Shown piece after piece: positions 24,609 to 37,799 of a stretch of DNA of 64,000 bases. Origin of the DNA: Mobula hypostoma. Taxonomy: Eukaryota. The DNA lies in NCBI RefSeq assembly GCF_963921235.1, contig NC_086097.1:214212001-214276000 (forward strand), in the 5' to 3' direction. Both the position numbers and the translations under genes were made by a program. Position 1 is the first letter of the stretch. The number at the start of each line of letters is the position of its first letter. The notes beneath the pieces are model-generated. The model saw only the letters and a program-made list of their open reading frames with translations. It was not told the origin of the DNA and did not search any database.

Positions 24609-27523
24609 CTGAGAAAACAGGGAGAGAAAAAGCACAGCAACAGAAAAAAAGGCAGCATGCAGGCACACAAATTCACCTCCAACATTCATAGCTATGAACA
24701 CTAAACACCAACAGTAAAAATAATAAAACTCAACTACATGCCATTCTGAGATTACCAGTCATAGTCTTCGCTAGGAAGGCACACAACTCCAGATGAGCTT
24801 GTTGCAGTGTTGATGCACAGGTTCTGTGCCAAGATGAAGAATCAATAATTAAAAACTAAAATACTTAATAACTCATCACAGTGTTATTAGGCAAAATGAT
24901 TACATAGTTTATTGGTATATTTGCATCAATATGAAACCTGTGTTTAAGTGCCAAGGTCAAATACAATATCATTCAGGATGCATTTGTTCAGTGAAATACC
25001 AAACTGTCAGCATTAATTAGTGAAAGTTCATTTCTCCCATGATTCTAAGTCATCCAGTTAGAAAAAATAATTACTTGATCCTCATCACCAAATACCATTT
25101 GACTGCCATAGATTTTAAATATTTAGGTGCTCCTTATCACAAGGGAAAAATAATGTTTAACTCACTAACCATACCAAAAGATATTGCTGGTAAATTCATC
25201 CCATCTTTAATGGCTTTAATGACTGTGATCCAAAGTGATTAAAGTTGATCATCTGTGCTGTGTACCTCAGGCTATAAGCTGCTCAAAGTCACATGCAATG
25301 AAGAGTGCATACCTCTAGACAAGTTAGACATGTTGGTTAAATTGTCAGATAGAAGTAAATATTTCTCAGCAAAAAAATAGATACTCCCTTTTTGGCCATG
25401 TATAAGTTTTTAAACTCCCCCATAAAGGCTCTATTCAAGATTTTAAATTTAAAAAATGTTTTGCCACTGAGACTGCTCTTGACAATTTGTTAGTTTTAAA
25501 ACAAAATTAATTATTTCCAAAGGGTAGATAAGCAGGAATTTTAAAAACAACTCAGCATTATCTTGTATAATTTATATTTCTTGCGCACATGAAAATAAAC
25601 TCAACATGATTTGAATAAAAATGAACATGGGATTCAAATTCCAAGACCTAATTATGCAAATAAATACTACAACAAACCAAATGTCAGGTGATCTGTAATC
25701 CAGTGAAATTAAAGATCAACATTTGCACATGTATCTGCTGAATGATAAAAGATTACTAATAAACATGCTCTCCACATGGTTCCTCTTAAAAGGAAAATTG
25801 CACATCAACACCCTTCTCTCATGTCAACCAATATCACAGGAAACAAGAAGTGAGCTGGTGTTGTGCAGCATGCCCTTCTGGAAACCAAGTAGACAATGCA
25901 GCTCAATATTATATACAGAGGAAGACTAGCATGATACTATGGCCACTATGTACAGTATGGATACTATGTACAGTGAACACTAGCAGTTAAAGTTTTGTCT
26001 GCTATAGACATCTTTTCCATTTCAATGACAATCATTCATTATACATACCTGTACTTGTATCTACCTCTCAACTCTTGTATTGAAATTATTCAACCTGTTT
26101 AATATTAAAAAGCCCAGGAAATGTATATAAAAACTGGTCACCAGACATGTAAAGGGTCTCTTTCTGGGATATACCATTCCATCTTTTCGTTCTCAACCAG
26201 CCATTTGTCACTTATGCATTTCATTCCAATCACTCAGTTGTGAAGATTACCCATCTTTCAAAGATACAATGCTCTGTGCTGCTCTTTCATACTAACCTAG
26301 ATTTGAATTAAGTCAATAGAGCTATTGAAGAGTAAGGGAAGGGAAATCATCTTCGACAAACTTACTGGAGTTCTGAGTTTGTAACTAGTAGAATAGAGAA
26401 GAGAACAAATGGATGTGATATATTTGAATTTGCAGAGGCCTTTGATGAACTTTGACATGATGGGTTTGTGTGTAAAATTAAACCACGCAGGAGTAGAGAT
26501 TATACTGGTTAACAGACAGAAATCAAAATAGGAATAAATGGACTTCCTTGGGCTAGCTGTTGGTGACAAAGTAGAGTACCAAAGGTCTCAGTGATTAAAT
26601 TCCAGCCTTTCATGGTGATTTGAATGAAGGAAGGAACTAAACATGATATTTTTAAATTTGCCAATACAAAATGGGGTGGGAATGCAAATTAAGAGACTCA
26701 AATTCACTTTCTCCATTACAGAACTGTTCCCACAATCTATGTACCCATTTTCAAAGATTCCTCATCTCATGCTCTCGATATTGATTTCCTATTTATTATT
26801 TGTTTATTTGTACAATCTGTTGTCTTTTGCACATTTGTTGTTCACCCTGTTGAGTGCAGTCTTTCATTGTTTCTATTATGGAGATTAGATCTTTTAAAAA
26901 TCACAACTTAAGTTTTTTTGACTAATAAATAAAGCTTATATTTTACATACCTAAATACTTAATTAGGAATTTAATATGGCAACTCAGCAACAAGCAGCAT
27001 TGACTTGCAATGTCTGCACCTTGCTAGAAAATTGGAAGTGTTATTCATTGCACTGAGCTTACTTAGTTGCCTCATCGAAAGTCACCTGTAATGCATTTGT
27101 AATAGAGTGCATAATACAAGTGTCCACAGAGTTATATTAATACAGCTTTATAGAAAAGTAATTGAAACATAAATTGGATGCAACAGTGGTATTGACAGAG
27201 AATAACAAAACAACAGGAGTGATTTACAGCAATGACAATGTTTCCTATGGATCAGTGCTTGGCCCCATCAACCCATCATATTCACAGAATGGTTGCAGAG
27301 GAGATTTACAAAAATGCTGTGAGTACAAGGGATTTTAGTTATGTGGAGAGACTGGAAATTACCCCTCAGAGCAGTGATAGTAAATGCAAATGTTTAAAAT
27401 TCTAACAGCATTAATCAATGGATGGCAGATACTTCATAGTTATACAGCATGGAAACTGGCTCTTTGGCCCAACTCATCCAAGTGAATCCCATTTGCCTGC
27501 ATATGGCCCATATCCCTCTAAAC

Positions 27524-27571
27524 TAGGGGTTCCCAACTGTTTTTATACCATGGACCCCGGCCATTAACCAG
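27524..27571 (+). mobile_element. hAT/Charlie-type MITE remnant
   Basis: Begins TAGGGGTTCCCAAC and is flanked by a perfect 8-bp TSD CTCTAAAC (27516-27523, 27572-27579). Same family as 46638-46698. Confidence 0.7.
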
Positions 27572-28989
27572 CTCTAAACATTTCCGATCCACGTAGCCTC
27601 CCAAATGTTTTGTAAGTGTACTGCTTCTACCACCTCCCCAAAGGTCATTAATAGAAGGACACCAACTTTATAATACCAAGAGGCATATTTTACAGTGTAC
27701 CACCATTCTGCATGACAAAAGCAAGTTTGAGTGTGACGCCGGCCCCCTTGGCCTGAGTCAACATAGTAGTAGTTGAGTGAGACTTCCAAAAATGACTTGG
27801 AAGTATATTTGAAAAGGATAACTACTACAATCTTGAAAGAATGGTGGGAGATTGATCGGATAGTTCTTTCTAAGATCCTATGCAGGCAGAAGTGAACTGT
27901 ATAACCTCCTCTGGAACATTGATTGCTTGTATAAACAATGGGAAGAAATGGGAAGAAATGTCAAGGACTTGAACTGATTTGGTGACATAATTCTTTACAG
28001 AGTAGGAAAAGCCAAGAGAAAATGAATACTTTATTTTAATATGAAGATTATTCATGATCACAAAAGTCAGAACAAAGACAGGATTTCCGAGATGAAGAGA
28101 AACATTTCTGTAGAAAACTGTTAAGAAAAATTATTAGATGAGACAGATACGCATCTATTATGACACAGACAGCAATTTGCTGACATCAGAAGAGCAATCA
28201 CATCCTCCAGCTGTTCTGTATCCCTGCGATTTATTCTCTCTTACTTGATCCTTTTGCCACATATTTATACTAAAGGGCAATTTACAGTGGCCAGTTAACT
28301 TAACAGCACACCTTTAGGATCTGGGAGGAAGCCAGAACATCCAGGAACCCATGTTAAGAATGTGCAATCTCAAAAGAGACAAGTTTCCAGACAAGCAACT
28401 AATCCAGCTGAGAGGCAGCACAGTTACAATGTTCTGCCCTTTAAAATGAGCAAGATCATTACATCCTTTAAAGGAAATCTGAATCAACATTTGGAGTCAA
28501 GGACTGTAGTGAAATAGTAGGGCACATTAATCTATTCCAGTAGAGCTGGTACTAACATTTGTCAAAACAGTCTCCTCTAGTACCTTAAATTTCATATACT
28601 ATGATGAACCACAACATAATATTGGAAATTTCACTAGAAGATCATAAGACATAGGAGCAGAATTAGGCCAATCGGCCCATCAAATCTTCTCCGCTATTCG
28701 ATCGTGGCTGATTTATTTTCCCTCTCAACCACATTCTCCTCCTTTCTCCCTGTAACCTTTCAAGGTTCAAGTATCCCATGCAAAGTGTATTCTTCATTAC
28801 ATTATCCAGAAAGACAAAAGATATTTGCCTATAAATGTTCATCATTAAAAAAGTGCACTTGGTCAACGTAATGTATTAGACACATTTTAAAAACAGCTGA
28901 CTGTGCATTTTATAATCTCCATAAGACCATTAGATATAGGAGCAGAATTCAGCCATTTGGAGTCTGCTCCACCATTTCATCATAGGACA

Positions 28990-30720
28990 AAGAATAGTAG
29001 AGCACAGTACAGGCCCTTCAGCCCACAATGTTGTGCCAACCCTCAAACCCTGCCTCCCATATAACCCCCCACCTTAAATTCCTCCATATACCTGTCTAGC
29101 AGTCTCTTAAATTTCACTAGTGTATCTGCCTCCACCGACTCAGGTAATGCATTCCACGCACCAACCACTCTAGAGTAAAAAACCTTCCTCTAATATCCCC
29201 CTTGAACTTCCCACCCCTTACCTTAAAGCTATGTCCTCTTGGACTGAGCAGTGGTGCCCTGGGGAAGAGGTGCTGGCTATCCACTCTATCTATTCCTCTT
29301 AATATCTTGTACACCTCTATCATGTCTCCTCTCATGCTCCTTCTCTCCAAACAGTAAAGCCCTAGCTCCCTTAATCTCTGATCATAATCCATACTCTCTA
29401 AACCAGACAGCATCCTGGTAAATCTCCTCTGTACCCTTTCCAATGCTTCCACATCCTTCCTATAGTGAGGCAACCAGAACTGGACACAGTACTCCAAGTG
29501 TGGCCTGACCGAAGTTTTATAGAGCTGCATCATTACTTCACAACTCTTAAAATCTATCCCTCGGCTAACGCCCCATAAGCTTTCTTAACCATCTTATCTA
29601 CCTGTGAGGCAACTTTCAGGGATCTATGGACATGTACCCCCAGATCCCTCTGCTCCTCCACACTACCAAGTATCCTGCCATTTACTTTGTACTCTGCCTT
29701 GGAGTTTGTCCTTCCAAAGTGTACCACCTCACACTTCTCTGGGTTGAACTCCATCTGCCACTTCTCAGCCCACTCCTGCGTCCTATCAATGTCTCTCTGC
29801 AATCTTTGACAATCCTCTACACTATCTACAACACCACCAACCTTTGTGTCGTCTGCAAACTTGCCAACCCACCCTTCTACCCCCACATCCAGGTCGTTAA
29901 TAAAAATCACGAAAAGTAGAGGTCCCAGAACAGATCCTTGTGGGACACCACTAGTCACAATCCTCCAATCTGAATGTACTCCCTCCACCACGACCCTCTG
30001 CCTTCTGCAGACAAGCCAATTCTGAATCCACCTGGCCAAACATTCCTGGATCCCATGCCTTCTGACTTTCTGAATAAGCCTACCATGTGGAACCTTGTCA
30101 AATGCCTTACTAAAATCCACGTAGATCACATCCACTGCACTACCCTCATCTATATGCCTGGTCACCTCCTCAAAGAACTCTATCAGGCTTGTTAGACACG
30201 ACTTGCCCTTCACAAAGCCATGCTGACTGTCCTTGATCAGCCCTTTCTTAAGCTCCTTTCTTGCTTCCCAATATTCCTCAATAGATCCATCTGATCCTTG
30301 CTTCCTAAACCTCATGCACCCTGCCTTCTTCCACCTGACTAGATTTTCCACTTCACTTGTCATCCATGGTTCCTTCACCCTACCATTCTTTATCTTCCTC
30401 ACCGAGACAAATTTATCCCTGACATCCTGCAAGAGATCCCTAAACATCGACCTCATGTCCACAGTACATTTTCCTGCAAAAACATCATCCCAATGCACAC
30501 CCACAAGTTCTAGCCTTATAGCCTCATAATTTGCCCTTACTCAATTAAAAATTTTCCTGTCCTCTCCGATTCTATCCTTTTCCATGATAATGCTGAAGGC
30601 CAGGAAGCTGTGGTCACTGTCCCCAAGGTGCTCACCCACTGAGAGATCTGTGACCTGACCTGGTTCGTTATCTAATACTAGGTGTAGTATGGCATTCCCC
30701 CTTGTCGGCCTATTAACATA
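28990..30720 (-). mobile_element. CR1 LINE, internally deleted
   Basis: ORFs 29117-30759 contain SQHGF, DFSKAFD, GVPQGSVLGP and FADD. An in-frame jump KKGL|IKDSQHGF occurs at about 30240. Confidence 0.92.
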
Positions 30721-32404
30721 CATGGCTGATACATTCTTCCTCTCAGCCCAATCTCCCACTTCCCCTACCTCCTGCCCCTCATGTCCTGATCAATGAAGAA
30801 ACTATCAGCCTCTGCCTTAAATATAATATACATAAACACTTGCCTGTGGCAATGAATTCCGCAGATACATCACTCTCTGGCTAAAGAAATTTCTCCTAAT
30901 CTCCATTCTAAAAGAATGCCCCCTTCCCCCATTTTGAGGCTATGTCCTCTGGTCTTTGACACTCCCACTATAGGAAACATCCTCTCCACAGCCACTCTAC
31001 CAAGGTCTATCATTATTCAATAGGTTTCAATTAGGTCACCCCTAATGCAGTCTTCTAAATTCCAGTGAATACAGGCCCAGAGCCATCAAACACTCTTCTT
31101 ATGACAAGCCATTTAATCCTAGAATCATTTCTGTGAACCTCCTTTGAACCCTCTCCAGTTTCATAATATCCTTTCTAAGATAAGGGGCCCAACACTGCAC
31201 ACAGTATTCCAAGTGAGGCCTAGCCATGCTTTATAAAGCATACTTGCTTTTACATTCCAGTCCTCTTTAAATTAACGTTAACATTGCATTTGCCTTCCTC
31301 ACCACAGACTCAGCCTGCAAATTAATCTTTAGGGGAACCTGCACAAGGACTCCCAAGTCCCTTTAACACCTCAGTTTTTGCATTTTCTCTCCATTTAGAA
31401 AATAGTCAACCCTTTCATTTCTTCTACCAAAGTGCATGACCATACATTCACCAACACTGTATTCCATCTGCCACTTATTTGCCCCTTCCAAACTGTCTGT
31501 CCTTCCGTAGCCTCCCTGTTTTCTCAAAACTACTTGCCCCTCCTCCCATCCTCATATAATCTGCAAACTGTGCAACAAAGCCATCAATTCCATCACATAA
31601 ATCAGTAACATATAACACAAAAAGAATCTATCCTAACAGACCACTGTGGAACACTACCAGTCACTGGCAACTAGTCTGAAAATACTCCCGTTATTATCAC
31701 TTTGCCTCCTGCCAATAAGCCACAGCTTTTCGCATGCTAGAATCTTTCCTGTAATACCATGGGCTCATAGCAGCCTCATGTGTGGCACCTTGTCAAAGGC
31801 CATCTGAAAATCCAAGTACACATCAGCTAATTCTCCTTTGTCTATCCTGCTTGTTATTTCTTCAAACAATTCCAACAGATTTGTCAGGCAAGATTTCCCC
31901 TTAAGGAAACCATGCTGACTACAGTTTATTTTATTTTGTACCTCCAAGTAACCCAAAACCACATCCTTAACAATTGACTCCAACACGTTCCCAACCAGAC
32001 GTTTGACTAACGACCTACAATTTTCTTTCTTCCGCCTCTCTCCCTTCTTTCTTTCTTTTTAAATCTTTTTATTGAGTAAGTATACAAAAAAGGTAAGCCA
32101 TATAAACATTAATACAATGTTAAAGTATAATAAAATTCCAAAAGATAACAATACCAAAAAGAAAATACTACAAACAATGTAATTTAAGCATAAGAAACCA
32201 AGATAACATAATAGTATACTAGATTTTATATATATCAATGGAAAAAAAGAAAAAAAAAACCCCAAAAAAAAACCCACCGTGCAACTAACTAAAAGCAAAG
32301 CAAAGCAATGGGCTAACTTGAAACCAAACAGAGTTAAACTTAAAATCACGTCCTCAATCCCGACCTCCATTAAAACAGTGAAGAGAAAACAAGAAGGGTA
32401 AATA

Positions 32405-35400
32405 TTACATTAAATGAAAATATCGAATAAAAGGTCCCCAAATCTGTTCAAATTTAAATGAAGAATCATAAAGGTTACTTCTAATTTTCTCCAGATTCAA
32501 ACATAAAATCGTCTGAGAAAACCAAAAAAAGGTAGTTGGAGCATTAAGCTCTTTCCAATGTTGTAAAATACATCTTTTCGCCATTAAAGTAAGAAATGCA
32601 ATCATTCTACGGGCTGAAGGGGAAAGATTACTAGAAATTTTAGGTAGTCCAAAGATAGCAGTAATAGGGTGAGGAGAGATATCTATATTTAATACCTTAG
32701 AAATAATATTGAAAATATCTCTCCAAAAAGTTTCCAAAGTAGGGCAAGACCAAAACATATGAGTTAAAGAGGCTATCTGCCCCGAACATCTATCACAGAA
32801 AGGATTAATATGCGAGTAAAAACGCGCTAACTTATCTTTGGACATATGTGCTCTATGAACCACTTTAAATTGAATTAGGGAATGTTTAGCACAAATAGAG
32901 GAAGTATTAACTAATTGTAAAATCTGCCCCCAATCATCCACAGAAATGGTAAGCCCCAATTCCTGTTCCCAATCTACCCTAATCTTATCAAATGGAGCTT
33001 TCCTAAGTTTCATAATAATATTATAAATCATAGCCGATGCACCTTTCTGACATGGATTAAGGTTAATTATCGAATCTAAAATATATATAGGAGGAAGCAT
33101 TGGAAAGGAAGTAAGTATAGTACTTAGGAAATTTCTAACTTGTAAATATCTAAAAAAATGTATTCTTGATAAGTTATATTTGTTAGATAATTGTTCAAAA
33201 GACATAAGGGAACCATCTAAAAATAAATCCAAAAACCGTAAAATACCCTTAGTCTTCCAAGTTTGAAAAGCGCGATCCGTAAAAGAGGGAGGAAAAAATA
33301 TGTTACCTAAAATAGGAATCGCTAACCCGAATTGATTAAGATCAAAAAATTTTCTGAATTGAAACCAAATGCGCAAAGCATATTTAACTATCGGGTTAGA
33401 GACCTGCTTAAGACGTTTCGAATCAAAAGGAAGAGAGGAACCTAAAATAGAACCAAGTGTATAACCCTGAACAGATTGTAATTCCAATGCTACCCATTTA
33501 GGAATAAATAGTATGTCCCGATCAAGTAACCAAAATTTCATATGTCGAATATTAATAGCCCAATAATAAAATCTAAAGTTAGGTAATGCTAAACCTCCAT
33601 CTCTCTTAGCTTTCTGTAAATGTATTTTACCCAGTCTCGGATTCTTGTTCTGCCAAATAAATGAAGAAATTTTAGAGTCAACTTTATCAAAAAAAGATTT
33701 AGGAACGAAAATTGGTAATGCCTGAAACACATATAAAAATTTTGGCAAAAAAAACATCTTAACTGCATTAATACGACCCATCAAAGTTAAATATAAGGGA
33801 AACCATTTAGATGAAAGTTGAGTAATATGGTCTATTAATGGTAAAAAGTTAGTCTTAAATAAATCTTTATGTTTACAAGTAATTTTAATCCCAAGATATG
33901 AAAAGTAATTATTAATCAATTTAAATGGAAATTTATAATATAAGGGAAGATGTTTATTAATCGGAAAAAGTTCACTCTTACTAAGATTTAATTTATAACC
34001 TGAGAAAAGACCAAATTGTGCTAATAACTCTAAAACAGCAGGAATGGATCTCTCAGGATTAGAAATATATAAAAGTAAATCATCAGCATAGAGTGATAAT
34101 TTATGGGACTTTAATCCCCGAGTTATCCCAGTAATATTTAAAGATTCTCGAATAGCAATTGCAAGAGGTTCTAATGCAATATCAAATAATAGGGGACTAA
34201 GAGGACAGCCTTGTCGAGTACCACGAAAGAGAGGAAAAAAAGGTGAGTTTAAGGAGTTAGTACGAACCGAGGCTACAGGGGAGTAATATAACAGTTTAAT
34301 CCAGGATATAAATTTCAAGCTAAAATTAAACATTTCAAGCACCTTAAATAAATAAGGCCATTCTACTCTATCAAAAGCTTTCTCGGCATCTAAAGAAATA
34401 ACACACTCAGGAACATTTTGTGAGGGAGTATAAACGATATTTAACAATGTACGAATATTATAAAAAGAGTAACGACCTTTAATAAAACCCGTTTGGTCTT
34501 CCGAAATAATAGAAGGAAGTACTTTTTCTAGTCTATTTGCTAATAACTTAGAAAAAACTTTAGAATCAACATTTAATAAAGATATTGGTCTATAAGATGC
34601 ACATTGAGCAGGGTCTTTATCCTTCTTTAGTATTAAAGAAATTGATGCTCTATTAAAAGATTCCGGAAGTTTACCAAGTTTCAAAGAAGCCTCAAAAACC
34701 TTATAGAGCCAAGGAATCAATAAAGAAGCAAAACATTTATAAAATTCAACGGTAAACCCATCAGGGCCAGGAGCTTTCCCCAGATTCATAGAAAAAATAA
34801 CATTCTTAATCTCATCCATTGTAATGGAAGTATCTAATAAAGAAGACATATCCTGTGAAATCAGAGGGAAGTCTAACTTATCTAAAAAATCATTCATATA
34901 TTTAGAATCTCGAGGAGACTCTGATTGGTATAAAGAAGAATAAAAATCACAAAAGGTTTGATTAATCCCCACATGATCCAATATCAATCGATCATTTTGG
35001 TTATAAATCTGATTGATTTGAGATTTAACATAATTAGATTTCAATTGATTAGCCAGCAGCTTGCCAATTTTATCACTGTGAACATAAAAATCACTTCTTG
35101 TTTTCTTTAATTGGTTTACAATCGAGGACGAGAGTAGTAAACTGTGTTCCATTTGAAGTTCAGTTCTTTGTTTGTATAGCTCCTCAGAAGGAGCCATAAC
35201 ATATTTCTTATCAATTTCTTTAATCTTGTCCACAATTACCATCTCCTCCTGCTTCTGTTTCTTCCTCAAAGCAACGGAATACGAAATAATCTGACCCCGA
35301 ATATAGGCTTTAAAAGTGTCCCAAAGAGTGTTAACCGAAATATCTTCTGTATGGTTAATTGTAAAAAAAAGCTCAATCTGTTCATTCATAAAATTAACAA

Positions 35401-36181
35401 AGTCCGAGTCCTGAAGCAACAGCGAATTAAAACGCCATTGTCTATTGTTTGGTATATTGGCCATAATTTTAATAGAAAGCTTAAGTGGAGCATGATCCGA
35501 AATGGTTATAGAATCATAATCACATTTAATCACTGAAGAAATGAGACGAGAATCAATGAAAAAATAATCAATTCTTGAATAGGAATGATGAACATGTGAA
35601 AAGAAGGAAAAATCTTTTTCCTGAGGATGCAGAAAACGCCAAATGTCCGTCGACCCAGAATCAGAAAGGAAAAAATTAATCAAATTTGCAGATTTATTAG
35701 GTAAAGTCCGTAAAGGAGCCGAACGGTCCAAAGCTGGAGATAAACAGGTATTAAGATCTCCGCCCCAAATCAATGAAAACTCGTTCAAATTCGGAAACTG
35801 ATCAAACAATGATTTATAAAATTCCGGACAATCCATATTAGGAGCATAAACATTAACCAAAACTACTTTTTTATTAAATAATAAACCACTAACCAATAAA
35901 AATCTACCATTCGGATCAGAGATAATATCCTGTTGTATAAAAGTAACTGAGGAGTCTATAAAGATAGAGACGCCTCGAATCTTAGCATTGGAGTTCGAAT
36001 GAAATTGTTGTCCCTTCCAAAATTTGAAAAAACGTAGTCTGTCCCCCCTCCGTACATGGGTCTCTTGTAAAAATAAAATTTGTGCTTTAAGTCTCCGGAA
36101 CACTTTAAAAACTTTTTTCCTTTTAATAGGATGATTAAGACCATTAGTATTCCAGGAGACAAAATTAATAATAGACTCCAT
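32405..36181 (-). CDS. L1 ORF2p (AP endonuclease, reverse transcriptase, CCHC zinc knuckle), 1258 aa from MESIINFVSWN
   Basis: SWNTNGLN, QETH, NVYAPN, GDLN, SRIDYF, SDH; PGPDGF, YRPISLLN, DAEKAFD, QGCPLSP, YADD, YLGI; CDRC..HMFWSC. No internal stops. Confidence 0.96.
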   Translation of the reverse strand: MESIINFVSWNTNGLNHPIKRKKVFKVFRRLKAQILFLQETHVRRGDRLRFFKFWKGQQFHSNSNAKIRGVSIFIDSSVTFIQQDIISDPNGRFLLVSGLLFNKKVVLVNVYAPNMDCPEFYKSLFDQFPNLNEFSLIWGGDLNTCLSPALDRSAPLRTLPNKSANLINFFLSDSGSTDIWRFLHPQEKDFSFFSHVHHSYSRIDYFFIDSRLISSVIKCDYDSITISDHAPLKLSIKIMANIPNNRQWRFNSLLLQDSDFVNFMNEQIELFFTINHTEDISVNTLWDTFKAYIRGQIISYSVALRKKQKQEEMVIVDKIKEIDKKYVMAPSEELYKQRTELQMEHSLLLSSSIVNQLKKTRSDFYVHSDKIGKLLANQLKSNYVKSQINQIYNQNDRLILDHVGINQTFCDFYSSLYQSESPRDSKYMNDFLDKLDFPLISQDMSSLLDTSITMDEIKNVIFSMNLGKAPGPDGFTVEFYKCFASLLIPWLYKVFEASLKLGKLPESFNRASISLILKKDKDPAQCASYRPISLLNVDSKVFSKLLANRLEKVLPSIISEDQTGFIKGRYSFYNIRTLLNIVYTPSQNVPECVISLDAEKAFDRVEWPYLFKVLEMFNFSLKFISWIKLLYYSPVASVRTNSLNSPFFPLFRGTRQGCPLSPLLFDIALEPLAIAIRESLNITGITRGLKSHKLSLYADDLLLYISNPERSIPAVLELLAQFGLFSGYKLNLSKSELFPINKHLPLYYKFPFKLINNYFSYLGIKITCKHKDLFKTNFLPLIDHITQLSSKWFPLYLTLMGRINAVKMFFLPKFLYVFQALPIFVPKSFFDKVDSKISSFIWQNKNPRLGKIHLQKAKRDGGLALPNFRFYYWAINIRHMKFWLLDRDILFIPKWVALELQSVQGYTLGSILGSSLPFDSKRLKQVSNPIVKYALRIWFQFRKFFDLNQFGLAIPILGNIFFPPSFTDRAFQTWKTKGILRFLDLFLDGSLMSFEQLSNKYNLSRIHFFRYLQVRNFLSTILTSFPMLPPIYILDSIINLNPCQKGASAMIYNIIMKLRKAPFDKIRVDWEQELGLTISVDDWGQILQLVNTSSICAKHSLIQFKVVHRAHMSKDKLARFYSHINPFCDRCSGQIASLTHMFWSCPTLETFWRDIFNIISKVLNIDISPHPITAIFGLPKISSNLSPSARRMIAFLTLMAKRCILQHWKELNAPTTFFWFSQTILCLNLEKIRSNLYDSSFKFEQIWGPFIRYFHLM

Positions 36182-36899
36182 AAATCCTAAAGTCAACCCA
36201 TAACAAGGAGGATTGACAATAGGCGCGACCCACAGACCCGGAGAGGAAACAGAACATACAAAAGATACCGGGGAAAAGGACGTAACCAATACTTCAATAA
36301 TGTATATAGCCCAAAGAGAAACAAACTAAAACGTGAAGCCCCTCCCACCGCCCCCCACCCCAGGACCCCAAGGCGAAATCTAAAGCAGACCCGCCAGAAA
36401 GAAGCAAGCGCTAAAACTACCCCCATGACTTCCGGTATACGCTCCCTAAAAAAAAGGTATAAATATGAAAAGGATCAGCTAATTGTAAAACAGTAAAAAA
36501 TAAGTAAAAAAAAGTTAACTCAATTAAAATACACACAGAACAGAACAAAAGCCGGAAAGTATATATTAAAAAAAACCACAATAAACCTCAAACTCATGAA
36601 TAGACACAGCAACAAAAAAAATAGGATTATTAACATAAAATGATTATAAAAAGCAAAACAGAATAAAATTTAAAAAAAACTACAAAATTTAAGGCCGCAC
36701 AGGAAATACGTAAGATGACAAAAGGGAAGTAACCACCCAGAATCCCCTGGGAAAAGAAAGAAATGACGCAGTTAAAAAGAAAGTTTAGCAGCCATATTAA
36801 GAAATCGAAAGTAAACTTTTCTGCCCAAATAGGGCACAGAAAAGTTAAAACCAACCAATTCACAGCCTCCGATCAACGGAGAAAATTAAAAAAAGGCAA

Positions 36900-37799
36900 T
36901 TAAGATGTTGAAGATGAAAGTTGATCCAGATAACTCTGGGCATCCGATGGAGAATCAAAAAAACGAAGAGCTCCATCTAACATGCGAATCCTTAGACGTG
37001 CAGGGTACAGCAGCGCTGGTCTTAAATCCATCTTATAGAATTCCGACATCACGGATCTGTAACGGACCCGTTGGTCCCAGATTGGTTTACTGAAATCTTC
37101 CACGAATCGGAACTTAAGATCCGAAAAATCAATGAAACCTTTAGATCGAGCGAATCGAAACAGTCTCTCCTTATCTTGAAAGTAATGAAAACGTAAGATA
37201 ACATGCCTAGGTCTATCTGACCTAGACGAGTATGATGGGATTCTGTGAACACGATCCAGTAGCGGTGGTTGGTCAGGAAATACAGTAGGGAATGCATCTT
37301 TTAAAAGTTGAGAGAAATATTTCATAGGGTTGTTAGCTTCCACGGCTTCCCTGACGCCAATCATTCGTAAATTCTGCCGTCGCATTCTAGATTCCAAGTC
37401 AGAGTTTTTAAAAGTCAAAAAGTCAAGTTTCTTCTTCATTACATTAATTGTTTCTTCGACTTTCCCCATCTTAAGCTCACTTTGTTGCGCGGATTTTTGA
37501 AGACCAGATATAGCCGACTGATGTTCCGCAATACATGTTTGCATCTTATCAATTAAATCGGCAATTTTCTGGAACTTAGTTGAGATTTCCATATGAATCA
37601 GGTCTTTAACAAAGCCCATAATTTCTGTACGAATCATCTCCCTAACAGAGGTTGAAATTTCCCTCTGAATTAACTCCGATATAGCTTCCAAAGTCACCGG
37701 TGATTCAGTCGGAGGGAGATCCGTAGCTTTCGGTTTAACCGGAGGTTTACCATCCTTGCCGTCTTTCCCGTTCTTAGACATAGCAGATCTAAGTTCCAT
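36900..37799 (-). CDS. L1 ORF1p (coiled coil, RRM, CTD), 299 aa
   Basis: Coiled-coil region followed by LESRMRRQNLRMIGVRE, DRVHR, EDFS and YPARLR motifs typical of L1 ORF1p. Confidence 0.93.
   Translation of the reverse strand: MELRSAMSKNGKDGKDGKPPVKPKATDLPPTESPVTLEAISELIQREISTSVREMIRTEIMGFVKDLIHMEISTKFQKIADLIDKMQTCIAEHQSAISGLQKSAQQSELKMGKVEETINVMKKKLDFLTFKNSDLESRMRRQNLRMIGVREAVEANNPMKYFSQLLKDAFPTVFPDQPPLLDRVHRIPSYSSRSDRPRHVILRFHYFQDKERLFRFARSKGFIDFSDLKFRFVEDFSKPIWDQRVRYRSVMSEFYKMDLRPALLYPARLRIRMLDGALRFFDSPSDAQSYLDQLSSSTS

Noticed and set aside
36182..36289. 36-codon N-terminal extension of L1 ORF2 in the ORF track
   Set aside because: It starts at a non-ATG codon. The endonuclease domain begins right after the ATG at 36181.
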